Shown here in pieces: positions 52,889-62,214 of a stretch of 64,000 nt of DNA (position 1 is its first letter; every line of letters begins with the position of its first letter). The notes beneath the pieces were generated by a model. That model was not told the DNA's origin. It searched no databases and saw only the letters and a program-made list of their open reading frames with translations. Source of the stretch: Acidobacteriota bacterium (GTDB taxonomy: Bacteria; Acidobacteriota; UBA4820; DSQY01); NCBI GenBank assembly GCA_049967655.1, contig JBMFSH010000004.1:78521-142520 (forward strand), read 5' to 3'. Position numbers and translations under genes: made by a program.

Positions 52889-53497
52889 ATGTCCCCAAAA
52901 ACGCGTGCCAGTCGCAGGGGCGAAGGGGGGATGAGCTTCGCCGACGTGCTCGTCACCGCGGCCATCCTGGGTTTGTGCACTATCACGGCGGCCGAGGCCC
53001 TGGGACGCCAGCTCGAACGAAGCGCCCTGAAGGGCCTCGCGACGACCTTCCATGCCCTCGTGGTGGAGGCCTCCTCCACGGCGGTGATCCGGCGCCGGAA
53101 CACGGGCCTTCTCTTTCGCCGCGGTCCCTCAGGCGTCACGGCCCAGCTCTACGTCGATGGAGATCGGGACGGCCTGTCCCTCTCGGACATCAGGGACGGC
53201 ACCGATCGGGCGATCTCTTCGCCCATACCTCTGGGGCAGGGTGCCGCAGAGCCGGGGCTCCCTTCCGGCTTGGAGCGGGATCCGTTCGGAAAGAGCCTCA
53301 CGGGGCAGGACCCCATCCGCTTCGGCCCCGCCGACCTCCTGAGCTTCACTCCCCACGGCACAGCCACCCCGGGCACGCTGTACGCTCGCGACGCCTCCGG
53401 CCAAGAGGGGTGGGCGTTTCGCGTGGCCGGCATCGACGGGAGGGTCCGCGTGTATCGCTGGTGGCGCGGCTCATGGACGGAGATCGCCCGCTGGTGA
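52889..53497 (+). CDS. Minor pilin/pseudopilin-like protein (FimT/GspH-like)
   Basis: Basic leader then G|MSFADVLVTAAILGL (type IV prepilin-like, D in place of E5). C-terminal F.P.G.A.PGT...GRV. Confidence 0.6.
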   Translation: MSPKTRASRRGEGGMSFADVLVTAAILGLCTITAAEALGRQLERSALKGLATTFHALVVEASSTAVIRRRNTGLLFRRGPSGVTAQLYVDGDRDGLSLSDIRDGTDRAISSPIPLGQGAAEPGLPSGLERDPFGKSLTGQDPIRFGPADLLSFTPHGTATPGTLYARDASGQEGWAFRVAGIDGRVRVYRWWRGSWTEIARW

Positions 53498-53661
53498 ACC
53501 CGCCGGCGCGAGGCCTAGCCCGGGAGCCACCGCAAGGTGCCCAGCCCAGTCCCGTCCGTCTCCACCATTGAGTGCACTGGGGAATAGTAAGGCCTTGCCC
53601 TTTAAGATCTTCTCCGTGCCTCTGTGCCTCTGTGGTTAGTTTTTTGATTGGAAACCCAGCC

Positions 53662-54246
53662 CTACTTCTTGCTGAGTTCGATGAGGACCTGCTTGGCGCA
53701 GGCCTTGAGCGTGTCGAAGACGCCGATCCCCTTGGGGGCCACCGCCTCGAAGTAGGGCTCGCTCTTGATCCTGAGCTGGCGAAGCATCTCGTCGATGGGG
53801 ACGGCCGTGGGGAGGTCCCGCTTGTTGAGCTGCAGCACGTACGGGACCATCGCGAGATCGTAGCCGTGGTCCTTCAGATTGGACTCGAGGTTGCGCACGG
53901 ACTCCACATTGGCATCCATGCGGGCCTCCTGAGAATCCGCCACGAAAACCACGCCGTCCACACCCTTCAGGATGAGCTTCCGGGAGGCGTCGTAGAAGAC
54001 CTGGCCCGGCACGGTGTAGAGGTGGAAGCGGGTCTTAAATCCGCGGATCGTCCCCAGATCCAGCGGGAGGAAGTCGAAGAAGAGGGTCCGGTCCGTCTCC
54101 GTGGCGAGGGAGATGAGCTTACCCTTCGCGCTGGGGTTGGTCTTCTCGTAGATGTACTGGAGGTTCGTGGTCTTGCCGCACAGGCCGGGGCCGTAATAGA
54201 CGATCTTGCAGTTGATCTCGCGTGAGGCGTAGTTGATGAAAGACAT
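53662..54246 (-). CDS. mglA: MglA small GTPase
   Basis: [45 protein letters not shown]. Confidence 0.95.
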   Translation of the reverse strand: MSFINYASREINCKIVYYGPGLCGKTTNLQYIYEKTNPSAKGKLISLATETDRTLFFDFLPLDLGTIRGFKTRFHLYTVPGQVFYDASRKLILKGVDGVVFVADSQEARMDANVESVRNLESNLKDHGYDLAMVPYVLQLNKRDLPTAVPIDEMLRQLRIKSEPYFEAVAPKGIGVFDTLKACAKQVLIELSKK

Positions 54247-54267
54247 GCACCCACTTCCTTAGATCGC

Positions 54268-54768
54268 CTACTCGTTGAACAGGGCGTCGATATCCTCGTC
54301 CGTGATCTCCGCAAAGGGAGAATCAAAGGAGGATTCCCCGGCGGCCCTTTCGCGCTCGGTTTTTTCCATGATCTGCTGGAAGAGCCGGTTGAGCTCTTCA
54401 GAGCTCCGCTTGACCCGCAGGCGAACCAGCCCGAGGGAGGAGCGTTCGTCGAAGATCACGACCAGGATGACCTTCCCCCCGACGATGGAGATGTGGATGT
54501 TGTCCTTCTCGCCCTCGTGGAAGAGAACGGAGAATTCCTTTTCGCCGATGAGCTTGGCCAGCCCGTCGGTGGCCGCCACGTTGCCCGCCGTGAGGGAGGC
54601 CAGAGAGGTCGTGTCCAGACGTTCGATGTCCCCCGTGGCGGCGATCTGCTGGCCGTTCTTGTCCACGAGAAAAACCACGTTGGCGTTGGCGTCGACCCTG
54701 AGCTTGCTGATGACCTCCTTGATTTTTTGGAATTCTTCCTCATACATGATGAGGTCGGACGCGCCCAT
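54268..54768 (-). CDS. mglB: MglB roadblock/LC7 GAP
   Basis: LVDKNGQ, SLASLTAGNVAAT, SSLGLVRLRVK, FAEITDEDID.LF. Confidence 0.93.
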   Translation of the reverse strand: MGASDLIMYEEEFQKIKEVISKLRVDANANVVFLVDKNGQQIAATGDIERLDTTSLASLTAGNVAATDGLAKLIGEKEFSVLFHEGEKDNIHISIVGGKVILVVIFDERSSLGLVRLRVKRSSEELNRLFQQIMEKTERERAAGESSFDSPFAEITDEDIDALFNE

Positions 54769-54891
54769 GCGGGTCTCCTCCAATCCTGATTCGTATACCA
54801 CACAGTCCGGAAGGGATGCAATACGCTGAAAATCAAGCCCTCTCTGAACTACGGCCCTTTCGAAGGCTCCCCTTCGGGCCTGGGCGGGGGT

Positions 54892-55506
54892 TTACAGGAA
54901 CCGCCGCCGTCCCGACAGCGCCCTGCTCAGCGTCAGCGTATCCACGTACTGGAAGTCCGTGCCCACGGGCAGCCCGTAGGCGATCCGGCTGATCTGGGCC
55001 ACCCGTCCGGCCAGGTGGTTGGCCAGGTAGGAGGCGGTAGCCTCGCCCTCGGACGTGGGAGGCGTGGCGAGGATCACCTCCTCCACCGTGCCGCTCCCCA
55101 GGCGCCGGTCCAGCGTTTCCAGGCCCAGCTGCTCGGGGTGTACGCCCTTCATGGGGGAGAGGAGGCCGTGGAGGACGTGGTAATGGCCCCGGAACTCCCC
55201 CGTCCCCTCGATGAGCAGCACGTCCGCGGCCGACTCCACAATGCAGAGCAGGCGAGGATCCCTCGATGGATCGCCGCAGAGGGCGCACGGCTCGCCGGAC
55301 TCCTTGAAGGCGCGGCAGTCCGGGCAGCGCTCCACGCGGTTCCCAAGGGCCAGGAGGGTTTCCGCCAGTTCGACCGGGGCTCCCGCCCCCCTTTCCAAGA
55401 GGTGGAAAAGGATGCGCTGGGCCGACTTGGGCCCGATGCCGGGCAGTTTCTGGAGCTCCTCCAGACAGCGCCGGAGGCTGGGCGGATAGGCGCTCACGGC
55501 CTTCAC
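54892..55506 (-). CDS. recR: Recombination mediator RecR
   Basis: LPGIGPKSAQR, C4 zinc finger, YHVLHG.LSP, EGEATA.Y. Confidence 0.95.
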   Translation of the reverse strand: MKAVSAYPPSLRRCLEELQKLPGIGPKSAQRILFHLLERGAGAPVELAETLLALGNRVERCPDCRAFKESGEPCALCGDPSRDPRLLCIVESAADVLLIEGTGEFRGHYHVLHGLLSPMKGVHPEQLGLETLDRRLGSGTVEEVILATPPTSEGEATASYLANHLAGRVAQISRIAYGLPVGTDFQYVDTLTLSRALSGRRRFL

Positions 55507-55516
55507 CGGCCCTTCG

Positions 55517-55816
55517 TCACATGCCCGGAAGGCCCAGGCCCGTTCCCAGGCCGCCCAGCTTGTCCTGGAGGGTCTCGTCCACCTTGCGCGCCGCCTGGTT
55601 CACCGCGGCCACCAGCAGGTCTTCGAGCATCTCCTTCTCGGAGGGGACCAGAAGCGAGGGGTCCAACGTCACCTTCAGGATCTGTTTCTGGCCGCTCATC
55701 CGGACGGTGACCATGCCCCCTCCGGCCGACTCCTCGACGACCAGCGCCTCCATCTCCTGCTGGACTTGCTCCTGCATCTTCTGGGCCTGTTTGAGCAGCT
55801 TATTCAGGTTCGGCAT
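55517..55816 (-). CDS. ybaB: YbaB/EbfC nucleoid-associated protein
   Basis: KQAQKMQ, AGGGMV.V, EMLEDL..AA.N.A. Confidence 0.92.
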   Translation of the reverse strand: MPNLNKLLKQAQKMQEQVQQEMEALVVEESAGGGMVTVRMSGQKQILKVTLDPSLLVPSEKEMLEDLLVAAVNQAARKVDETLQDKLGGLGTGLGLPGM

Positions 55817-57497
55817 CGGCTCCTCCTGCTGGGGGCTCCAGCGCCATGGGCGTCACCCTCTGCACCTGGCCGCCCAGTATCTTCATCACGCGCCTGACGG
55901 CCTCTCCATGCTCCTCCTGGACGGCCGGTCCCGTCCGGGCCGGCTCGGCGGGGCCCGCCTCAGCCGTCTCGATGAGAACCGATCCGGAGAGTCCGAGCCG
56001 GCGAGCCACCTCTTCCAGTTGGAGCTTCCTCTCCTTGGAGTTGAGCAGGGCCGCCGCGGTGGCTGCCGCGGCCGGGAGCGCGACGTGGACCGCTCCTTCC
56101 GGATCGAGCGAGATCCGTGCCGTGGAGAGGGCCGGACCCGCCAGGGGCAGGCGGTGGCTTGCCTCCTCCCGGAACCGCTCCGATCGCTCGTCCTCCGCTT
56201 CGAAGGAGCGGGCCTCGTGTTCGTCCATTCTCTGGAAGGGGATAAGGGCCCGGAACCGCAGCCCGTCGCCCGCCTCCTCGGTGGCCTCCTGGGGATCGGG
56301 GGATTCGGCCTTGGCCGCCGGCCGCGGGGGGCCGGCGGGTTTGCTGGCCTGGCTCCGCCTCGAGAGGGTCCCCTCCGCGGGCCCTGCGACCGCCGCCTCG
56401 GCCAGGAGCTGGTCGAGGGGGAGAATCTTGGGCAGGAGCGCGGCCTTCACGAGCTGGAGCTCCAGGAGCGCGTCGGGGTCGGGCGCTCCCTTCATCCGCT
56501 GCTGGGTCGCGACCAGAAGGTCCCAGAGCCGAAGGAGGTCCTCCAGGGAAAAGCGGGAGGCCACACGGGCCAGGTGCGGGTCATCCCCCGGCGTCCCCTC
56601 CCCTCCCACCCGGATTCGGAGCGCATCCCTCGTCAGCTCCGTGAAGTCGGAGAGGAAGTGCTCCAGGCTCTGTCCTCGCTCGCGCAGGCCGTCCACAAAG
56701 GCCGGCACCCCGCCGGCGTCTCCCGCCGCCAGCAGCTCCAGCAATCCGAGGAGCGCCTCCCTCCCCACCACTCCCAAAACCTCCACCGCGAGGGCCTCGG
56801 TCACGGGCCCGTCGGCATAGGCCATAAGGCGGTCCAGCAGGGTCAGGCCGTCGCGCACCGACCCTTCGCCGGAGCGGGCCACGAGGCGGAGGGCCGCCGG
56901 GTCCACCTGGACGCCTTCGCTCTGACAGACCGCCTCCAGATGACGGACCACCTGTGCCTCGGTCACCCGCCGAAACTGGAAGTGCTGGGCCCGGCTGTGG
57001 ATCGTCTCCGGGATCTTGTGGGGCTCCGTGGTGGCCAGGAGGAAGATGGCGTGAGGCGGCGGCTCCTCCAGGGTCTTAAGGAGGGCGTTGAAGGCCGCCG
57101 TGGAGAGCATGTGGACCTCGTCGATGATGAAGACGCGGAAGCGGTCCCGCACGGGCATGTAGCGGGCGGCCTGCATGAGGTCCCGCGCCTCCTCGGCCTT
57201 GGTGTTGGTGGCGCCGTCGATCTCCAGGACGTCCATGGACCGGGCGGCCGCGATCTCCAGGCAGGAGGCGCACTCGTTGCAGGGCGCCGCGGTGGGACCC
57301 TTTTCGCAGTTGAGCCCCTTGGCGAAGAGCCTCGCGGCGGTGGTCTTTCCCACCCCGCGGATGCCCGAGAAGATGTAGGCCGGGTGGATCTTCTGCGACT
57401 TCAGAGCGTTGGTCAGGGTCCGGACCACGGCCTCCTGGCCCACCATCTCCTCGAAGGTCCTGGGACGATATTTCCGAGCCAGCGCTTCATGGGCCAT
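55800..57497 (-). CDS. dnaX: DNA polymerase III gamma/tau
   Basis: ARKYRP, GIRGVGKTT, C..C..C, IIDEVHMLS, LLKTLEEPP. Start reset to MAHEAL at 57497. Confidence 0.94.
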   Translation of the reverse strand: MAHEALARKYRPRTFEEMVGQEAVVRTLTNALKSQKIHPAYIFSGIRGVGKTTAARLFAKGLNCEKGPTAAPCNECASCLEIAAARSMDVLEIDGATNTKAEEARDLMQAARYMPVRDRFRVFIIDEVHMLSTAAFNALLKTLEEPPPHAIFLLATTEPHKIPETIHSRAQHFQFRRVTEAQVVRHLEAVCQSEGVQVDPAALRLVARSGEGSVRDGLTLLDRLMAYADGPVTEALAVEVLGVVGREALLGLLELLAAGDAGGVPAFVDGLRERGQSLEHFLSDFTELTRDALRIRVGGEGTPGDDPHLARVASRFSLEDLLRLWDLLVATQQRMKGAPDPDALLELQLVKAALLPKILPLDQLLAEAAVAGPAEGTLSRRSQASKPAGPPRPAAKAESPDPQEATEEAGDGLRFRALIPFQRMDEHEARSFEAEDERSERFREEASHRLPLAGPALSTARISLDPEGAVHVALPAAAATAAALLNSKERKLQLEEVARRLGLSGSVLIETAEAGPAEPARTGPAVQEEHGEAVRRVMKILGGQVQRVTPMALEPPAGGADAEPE

Positions 57498-57593
57498 GGG
57501 CCACCACCTGCTCAAGCAAAGGTCCGGCGCAACCGGGTTCGTGTGCCGCCGGGGCACCGCTCCCCGCGCGGGCCGAGCCCCACAAAAGGGTAT

Positions 57594-57693
57594 GGGGTTC
57601 AAGCGACCTGCGGCACACGGGCTTGCTGCTTACCGTTGCTCCCTTCCGGGCCTGGCGGGGTTCACAGGGCACGTTGCACAGGGCTCGAACCCC
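57594..57693 (-). ncRNA. ffs: Signal recognition particle RNA (small type)
   Basis: Minus strand contains GAACCCCGCCAGGCCCGGAAGGGAGCAACGGTA, closed by GGGGTTC/GAACCCC. Canonical position upstream of dnaX. Confidence 0.92.
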
Positions 57694-57773
57694 ACAAAGG
57701 GACGGGGTGCGTACCCATCCTACCCCGGCATCATACCCCAGCTCCGCGGCGGGACCAAGGGGCCGAATCTCGG

Positions 57774-58520
57774 TCACGGCCGCACGAGATCCACCCGCTC
57801 CACGGGCACGAAGGTCTCCAGGGGATCCACCAGAAGCCCCTCCGAGCGCCGTGGCTCCAGCTCGTAGAAGCGGTCGTCCGCCGTGCGGACGGGCTCTCCG
57901 TGAGGGTCGAAGAGGAGGTTCCCCGCTCCCGCGAACTCCTCCCCCGGATAGGCGGAGGCCGCCACGCAGCAGCCCAGCACCCACACGCCGTTCTCGATGG
58001 CGCGCGCCCTCAGCAGCGTCTCCCAGACGTGGTGGCGCCGCCACGGCCACCACGCCGCCACCGCCAGGTGCGTGCAGCGGGCCTCCATCCGCAGGGCCCT
58101 GGCCTGTTCGGGAAACCGCAGATCGTTGCAGGTCATCAGGCCCAGCGTCAGCTCGCCCAGCCTCACCGCCACGTACCGGTCCCCCGGGTCCCAGAGGGCG
58201 GCCTCGCCGTTGGGGGCGAAGAGGTGGACCTTGTCGTAGCGCGCCAGCTCCCGGCCGGCCCTCCAGAGGGTCATCCGGTTGCGGCGCTCCTGCGTGAAGG
58301 AGCCGAAGAGGCACACCACGCCCGGATTCGCGGCGGAGGTCTCCGCGAAGGCCGCCCGGGCCCTCTCCGGCTCCACCGTCCGGGTATAGCCGTGGAGGAA
58401 GGCCTCCGGGAAGCAGGCCAGCTCCGCGCCGCCCGCCGCCGCGCGCGCCGTCTCCTCGGCCATCCGGCGGAGATTCGATTCCACATCCAGGCAGACCCAG
58501 CGGGAGAGGTAGACACGCAT
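57774..58520 (-). CDS. Carbon-nitrogen hydrolase (nitrilase family)
   Basis: FPE, YDKVHLF, CNDLRFPE (E-K-C triad), RARAIEN. Confidence 0.88.
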   Translation of the reverse strand: MRVYLSRWVCLDVESNLRRMAEETARAAAGGAELACFPEAFLHGYTRTVEPERARAAFAETSAANPGVVCLFGSFTQERRNRMTLWRAGRELARYDKVHLFAPNGEAALWDPGDRYVAVRLGELTLGLMTCNDLRFPEQARALRMEARCTHLAVAAWWPWRRHHVWETLLRARAIENGVWVLGCCVAASAYPGEEFAGAGNLLFDPHGEPVRTADDRFYELEPRRSEGLLVDPLETFVPVERVDLVRP

Positions 58521-58560
58521 GGACCGAGTGTATACCGAAAGGGGAGCGGGGTGGTTGGGT

Positions 58561-58630
58561 GATGGAGCGATGGAGCAATTAAGCGATTAAGCTATAAGCT
58601 ATTAAGCGATTAGGCGATTGAGCGAGGAGC
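58561..58630. repeat. Degenerate 8-bp tandem repeat (GATTAAGC-like, ~8 units)
   Basis: gatggagc gatggagc aattaagc gattaagc tataagc tattaagc gattaggc gattgagc. Confidence 0.75.
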
Positions 58631-58660
58631 GGAGGAGGTGCGGCGGCGGAGAATCCTGCT

Positions 58661-60361
58661 TTAAGGAGGACCCACCGCGGCGCGGATGGCCGCCTCCTGC
58701 CGGGAGAGGGCTTCGAGCCGCTCGGCGACGGCCTGTTCCCCTTGCTCCCGCTGGCGTACGCCTGCCTCGATGGTGGCGAGGATGGCCTCCTCCAGGTGGT
58801 GCAGCGCCTGCATCATGTCCTGCTGGAGGAGGCGCATGGCGCCGTCCAGCTCCTCCACGCGCCGCTCTTCGATGGCGTATAGGTTGGCCCGCAGCCAGTC
58901 GGCCATGAGGGAGGCGGCGCGATGGCGGGCTAAGGCGTTGGCCAGATTGGAGGGCAGGACCGTCTCCAGCAGAGGGAAGAGCCAGTCCTGCGGGTCGAGG
59001 GCCAGGGTGGGTTTGACGAATTCGAAGAGGATGCGGTCGAAATCGGTCTTGGGCGCCCTGATGGTGTAGGGGGTGAGCGGCACGTCAAAGCATTCGGTAG
59101 CCGCCTGCTCGACGCGCTCGGCGAGCCTGTGCGTCTCGGCGGCAATCCGTTCCGTGCGGTTCTTCACCAGCCGCAGCGTCTCGTCGGTGGCCCTTTGGAG
59201 CCATGCGGCAATGGCCTCCCGGACCAGGCGCTCCGAGAGGGGCTGGATGAGGCGCCGCCGGGCGCCCCGCCCCCTGGTTTCGCGCAGGGTCTGATCCAAA
59301 GTCTTCAAGGCCACGGCCAGTTGAGTCCGGGCGAACTCGGTCCGTTCCAGCTCGGCCTCCCGGGGATCCACGCCCTCGGCGCGAGCGAGGCGGGACTGGG
59401 CCGCCAGGGCCAGGTCCTCCACGTCCTCCACGGCGCGCTTGAAGCGCTCGATTCGGGCCCCCATCTCCTCGATGGGGGTCAGCAGCGCCTGCCGCTCCAG
59501 CGCCATGCCGTGCCGGAGCCGGCCGGCGAAATACTCCCTGGAAGCCGATTCGGAGAGGGCCGCGAGCTGTCCCCCGGCCTCGCGGGCCAGCTCCTCCAGG
59601 GTCCTGCGCAACTCCCGGAATCCCTCGTCGTCCTCGCCGCGCTGCGCCCGCCGGGCCGACAGGAAGAGGAAGGGACCCGGATCGCGCCCCAGTGCCTCTC
59701 CGATGACCTTCCGGGCGAAGGCCTCGGCCTTGATCCGCGTCTCGCCCTCCAGGAGGTCGGCCTTGTTCATGACGAAGATGAGCCTGCCGGCCCTGGGCGC
59801 CGCCGCCTTCACCAGATCGAGCTCGTCCCCCGTGATGGGGGGCTCTCCTCCCAGGACCACGAGGGCCACGTCGATGCGGGGCAGAAACCCCTGCGTCACG
59901 TCGGTGTTCAGCCCGAAGACGCTGCCGACGCCGGGGGTGTCCACGAGCCGGACGCCGAGCGAAAGCAGCGGGTGGTCCATGTGGACGAAGGCAGCCTGCA
60001 CGCCGAGGCGGTTGCCGGGATTGCCCTCCTCCGTTACGTAGGTGGCGATCTCCTCGAAGGCCACGGCCTCCCTTCGGCCCTCCTGGAACTGGATCTCGCA
60101 GCGCTCGTCGGAGCCCTGCTGGATAACGATGATGGTGCTCGTCAGCGGCGCCACGTCCACCGGCGAGACGGGACGCCCGAGGAGAGCGTTCAGCAGGGTG
60201 CTCTTGCCGCGCTTGAACTGGCCGAGCAGGGCCAGGGTGAACTGCCCCGCTTCGGCGGCCTTGCCGGCCTCGGCGATGTCCGCCGCGAGAGCCAACTCAC
60301 CGCGCTCCCGGGCGACCCGCTCCAGATCTTTCAATCCCTTCTGATTCACCGTACCCCCCAT
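58661..60361 (-). CDS. Bacterial dynamin-like GTPase
   Basis: G1 GQFKRGKST, G2 PLT, G3 DTPG, G4 NKAD, long helical stalk. Confidence 0.85.
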   Translation of the reverse strand: MGGTVNQKGLKDLERVARERGELALAADIAEAGKAAEAGQFTLALLGQFKRGKSTLLNALLGRPVSPVDVAPLTSTIIVIQQGSDERCEIQFQEGRREAVAFEEIATYVTEEGNPGNRLGVQAAFVHMDHPLLSLGVRLVDTPGVGSVFGLNTDVTQGFLPRIDVALVVLGGEPPITGDELDLVKAAAPRAGRLIFVMNKADLLEGETRIKAEAFARKVIGEALGRDPGPFLFLSARRAQRGEDDEGFRELRRTLEELAREAGGQLAALSESASREYFAGRLRHGMALERQALLTPIEEMGARIERFKRAVEDVEDLALAAQSRLARAEGVDPREAELERTEFARTQLAVALKTLDQTLRETRGRGARRRLIQPLSERLVREAIAAWLQRATDETLRLVKNRTERIAAETHRLAERVEQAATECFDVPLTPYTIRAPKTDFDRILFEFVKPTLALDPQDWLFPLLETVLPSNLANALARHRAASLMADWLRANLYAIEERRVEELDGAMRLLQQDMMQALHHLEEAILATIEAGVRQREQGEQAVAERLEALSRQEAAIRAAVGPP

Positions 60362-60398
60362 GATGTCTCGCTTTCAAAGACCCTGCAAAGGGTTCCTC

Positions 60399-61700
60399 CT
60401 ATGAAGAGAGGTTCCCGGTTCCCCCGCTCTCTCCGCGCCGCGCAAGCGCCGCCAGAAGGGCCGATCGGTTCAGCGTGCCCACGAGCCGGCCCTCCTCATC
60501 CACGGCCGGCAGCAGCTTGATCCCGCGTTCGATCATGATCTTGAGGGCCTCGGATACGAGCGCCGTGCGCGGCACCGTGACGACGGGTTTTGACATGACC
60601 TCGGAGGCCCTCTTGTCTTTGGCGGCAAGGGCTAGTCCGCTCGGCACCCGGCCGCCCCTCAGCCATGCCCCCACGGCCCGCATGACTTCGGGGCGGACTT
60701 TCTTGCCGGCCCTCTTGAGGATATCCCCCTCGGTGATAATACCGGCCACGCGTTCCTCTGCGTCCGTCACAACGACGTAGCGCGAGCGGGATTCGAGAAT
60801 GCCGTCGAGCACTTCGGCGAGAGGAGCATCCAAACCGACGGAAACCCCGCCGCTCTGCATGGCCTCTTCCACCGTGGCGGCCAGGTTGACCCTCGGCCTC
60901 GCGTCGGCCTTGGCCTCCTCGAGGGCGTCAACCACCGTTTTGAGGACGTCGGAACGGCTCAGGATGCCGATCAAGCGGCCGGAATCTTCCACCACGGCCA
61001 GGCGCTTGAGCCCCTCGTCGGCCATGCGGGCGGCGGCCTCGGGGATCAGGGTCTCGGGACTCACCGAGGCCATACCGGGACGCATCACCTGAGCCGCCGT
61101 CTTCGCCCCCTGCCCCGAGGGGGCGAGCCCAAGGGCAGCGACCTCTTCCCGAAGCGAGGCCGGAAGCTCCAGGCCGGCGCGGATGAGCAGGTCCTCCTCG
61201 TTGATCGTTCCGAGCACCCTGCCGTCGCCATCCACCACCGGGATGGCCCGCAAATCACGGTCGATGATCTTGTCGAGGACCTCCGCCACGGAGGCCTCCG
61301 GGCGAACCGACAGGACTTGCCTAGTCATGACTTCACCAACGGTCAGACCCGGAGGGAACGGCCCGGGGACGCGGTGGGTATATTTGATCACCTCGACCGG
61401 CGTGAGGGTCACCAAGCCCTCCTGGACCATCTCGCAGATCTCGGGGAGGAGCCGCTGGAGGCGATCCTCCCGATCCACGAGGGTGATCACGAGGGGGAGG
61501 TCCGTGCTCAGTTCCAGCAGGAGGACCGTGTGGATGAGGCTGTTGGCGCCGAAGCCGGCGAGCCCTCGAAAGACGGTCGCGCCAGAGCATCCCTGCTGCT
61601 GAAGCACCTCTAGAATGGCGAGATACAAAGGTTTGCCCTGCCAGCGGTCCTTCTCGCCAATGAAGATCCAGAGCTGTTGGGCCTTTCCATCCATCGCCAT
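60399..61700 (-). CDS. DUF190 (PII-like) domain fused to CBS domains
   Basis: N-terminal IFIGE.D...GKPLY, GATV.RG..GFG, LS.DLP..I..VD, followed by two CBS pairs. Confidence 0.85.
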   Translation of the reverse strand: MAMDGKAQQLWIFIGEKDRWQGKPLYLAILEVLQQQGCSGATVFRGLAGFGANSLIHTVLLLELSTDLPLVITLVDREDRLQRLLPEICEMVQEGLVTLTPVEVIKYTHRVPGPFPPGLTVGEVMTRQVLSVRPEASVAEVLDKIIDRDLRAIPVVDGDGRVLGTINEEDLLIRAGLELPASLREEVAALGLAPSGQGAKTAAQVMRPGMASVSPETLIPEAAARMADEGLKRLAVVEDSGRLIGILSRSDVLKTVVDALEEAKADARPRVNLAATVEEAMQSGGVSVGLDAPLAEVLDGILESRSRYVVVTDAEERVAGIITEGDILKRAGKKVRPEVMRAVGAWLRGGRVPSGLALAAKDKRASEVMSKPVVTVPRTALVSEALKIMIERGIKLLPAVDEEGRLVGTLNRSALLAALARRGESGGTGNLSS

Positions 61701-61729
61701 GGTTTTCTCCCCTCTCGGCAAGTCCTTGG

Positions 61730-62107
61730 CTAGGGAACCAGACGGGCGATCAAGAACCCGGCCACGATCCCCAGCAGTCCCAGGCCGACGCTGGCGACCA
61801 CGTTGAAGCCGGCGCGCCAGATGCTCCCCGCGCTAAAGAGCTCGTAAGTCTCGTAGGCGAAGGTCGAAAAGGTCGTGTACCCGCCGCAGAAGCCGGTCAC
61901 GACCAGCAACCGCCACGTCGGGGACAGAGCCAGGCGGGTGGCCGCCAGCCCGATGGCGAAGCCGATGAGGAGGCTGCCCGATACGTTGATGATCAGCGTA
62001 CCAACCGGGAAGCCGCTCCCCCACCTCTTGGCGGCCCAAAGGGCCAACCCATACCGGAGATTGGCCCCGAGGGCGGCGCCCACGGCCACGGCCATGATCC
62101 TCATCAT
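61730..62107 (-). CDS. crcB: Fluoride efflux channel Fluc/CrcB
   Basis: GAALGA.LRY, GTL.IN..GS, TGFCGGYTTFSTF..E. Confidence 0.93.
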   Translation of the reverse strand: MMRIMAVAVGAALGANLRYGLALWAAKRWGSGFPVGTLIINVSGSLLIGFAIGLAATRLALSPTWRLLVVTGFCGGYTTFSTFAYETYELFSAGSIWRAGFNVVASVGLGLLGIVAGFLIARLVP

Positions 62108-62214
62108 CCACACTCTCCATGCAGCCGTCATGGTGCCGGACGCTTTCTCATGTCGACGCAAACGCTTCCGACCTCGGCGGAAGTCCACATCCGTGGGGCA
62201 GCCTTGTCCCCAAC

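Noticed and set aside
55800..57497. Programmed -1 frameshift in dnaX
   Set aside because: No A-AAA-AAG or long A-run slippery site noticed.
58561..58630. CRISPR array
   Set aside because: Units are 8 bp with no spacers, and no cas genes are present in the window.
62108..62214. Fluoride riboswitch upstream of crcB
   Set aside because: No GGCGAUGG...CGCC / UGAUGAC-type consensus visible on the minus strand, only small generic hairpins. One could lie upstream of the operon outside the window.
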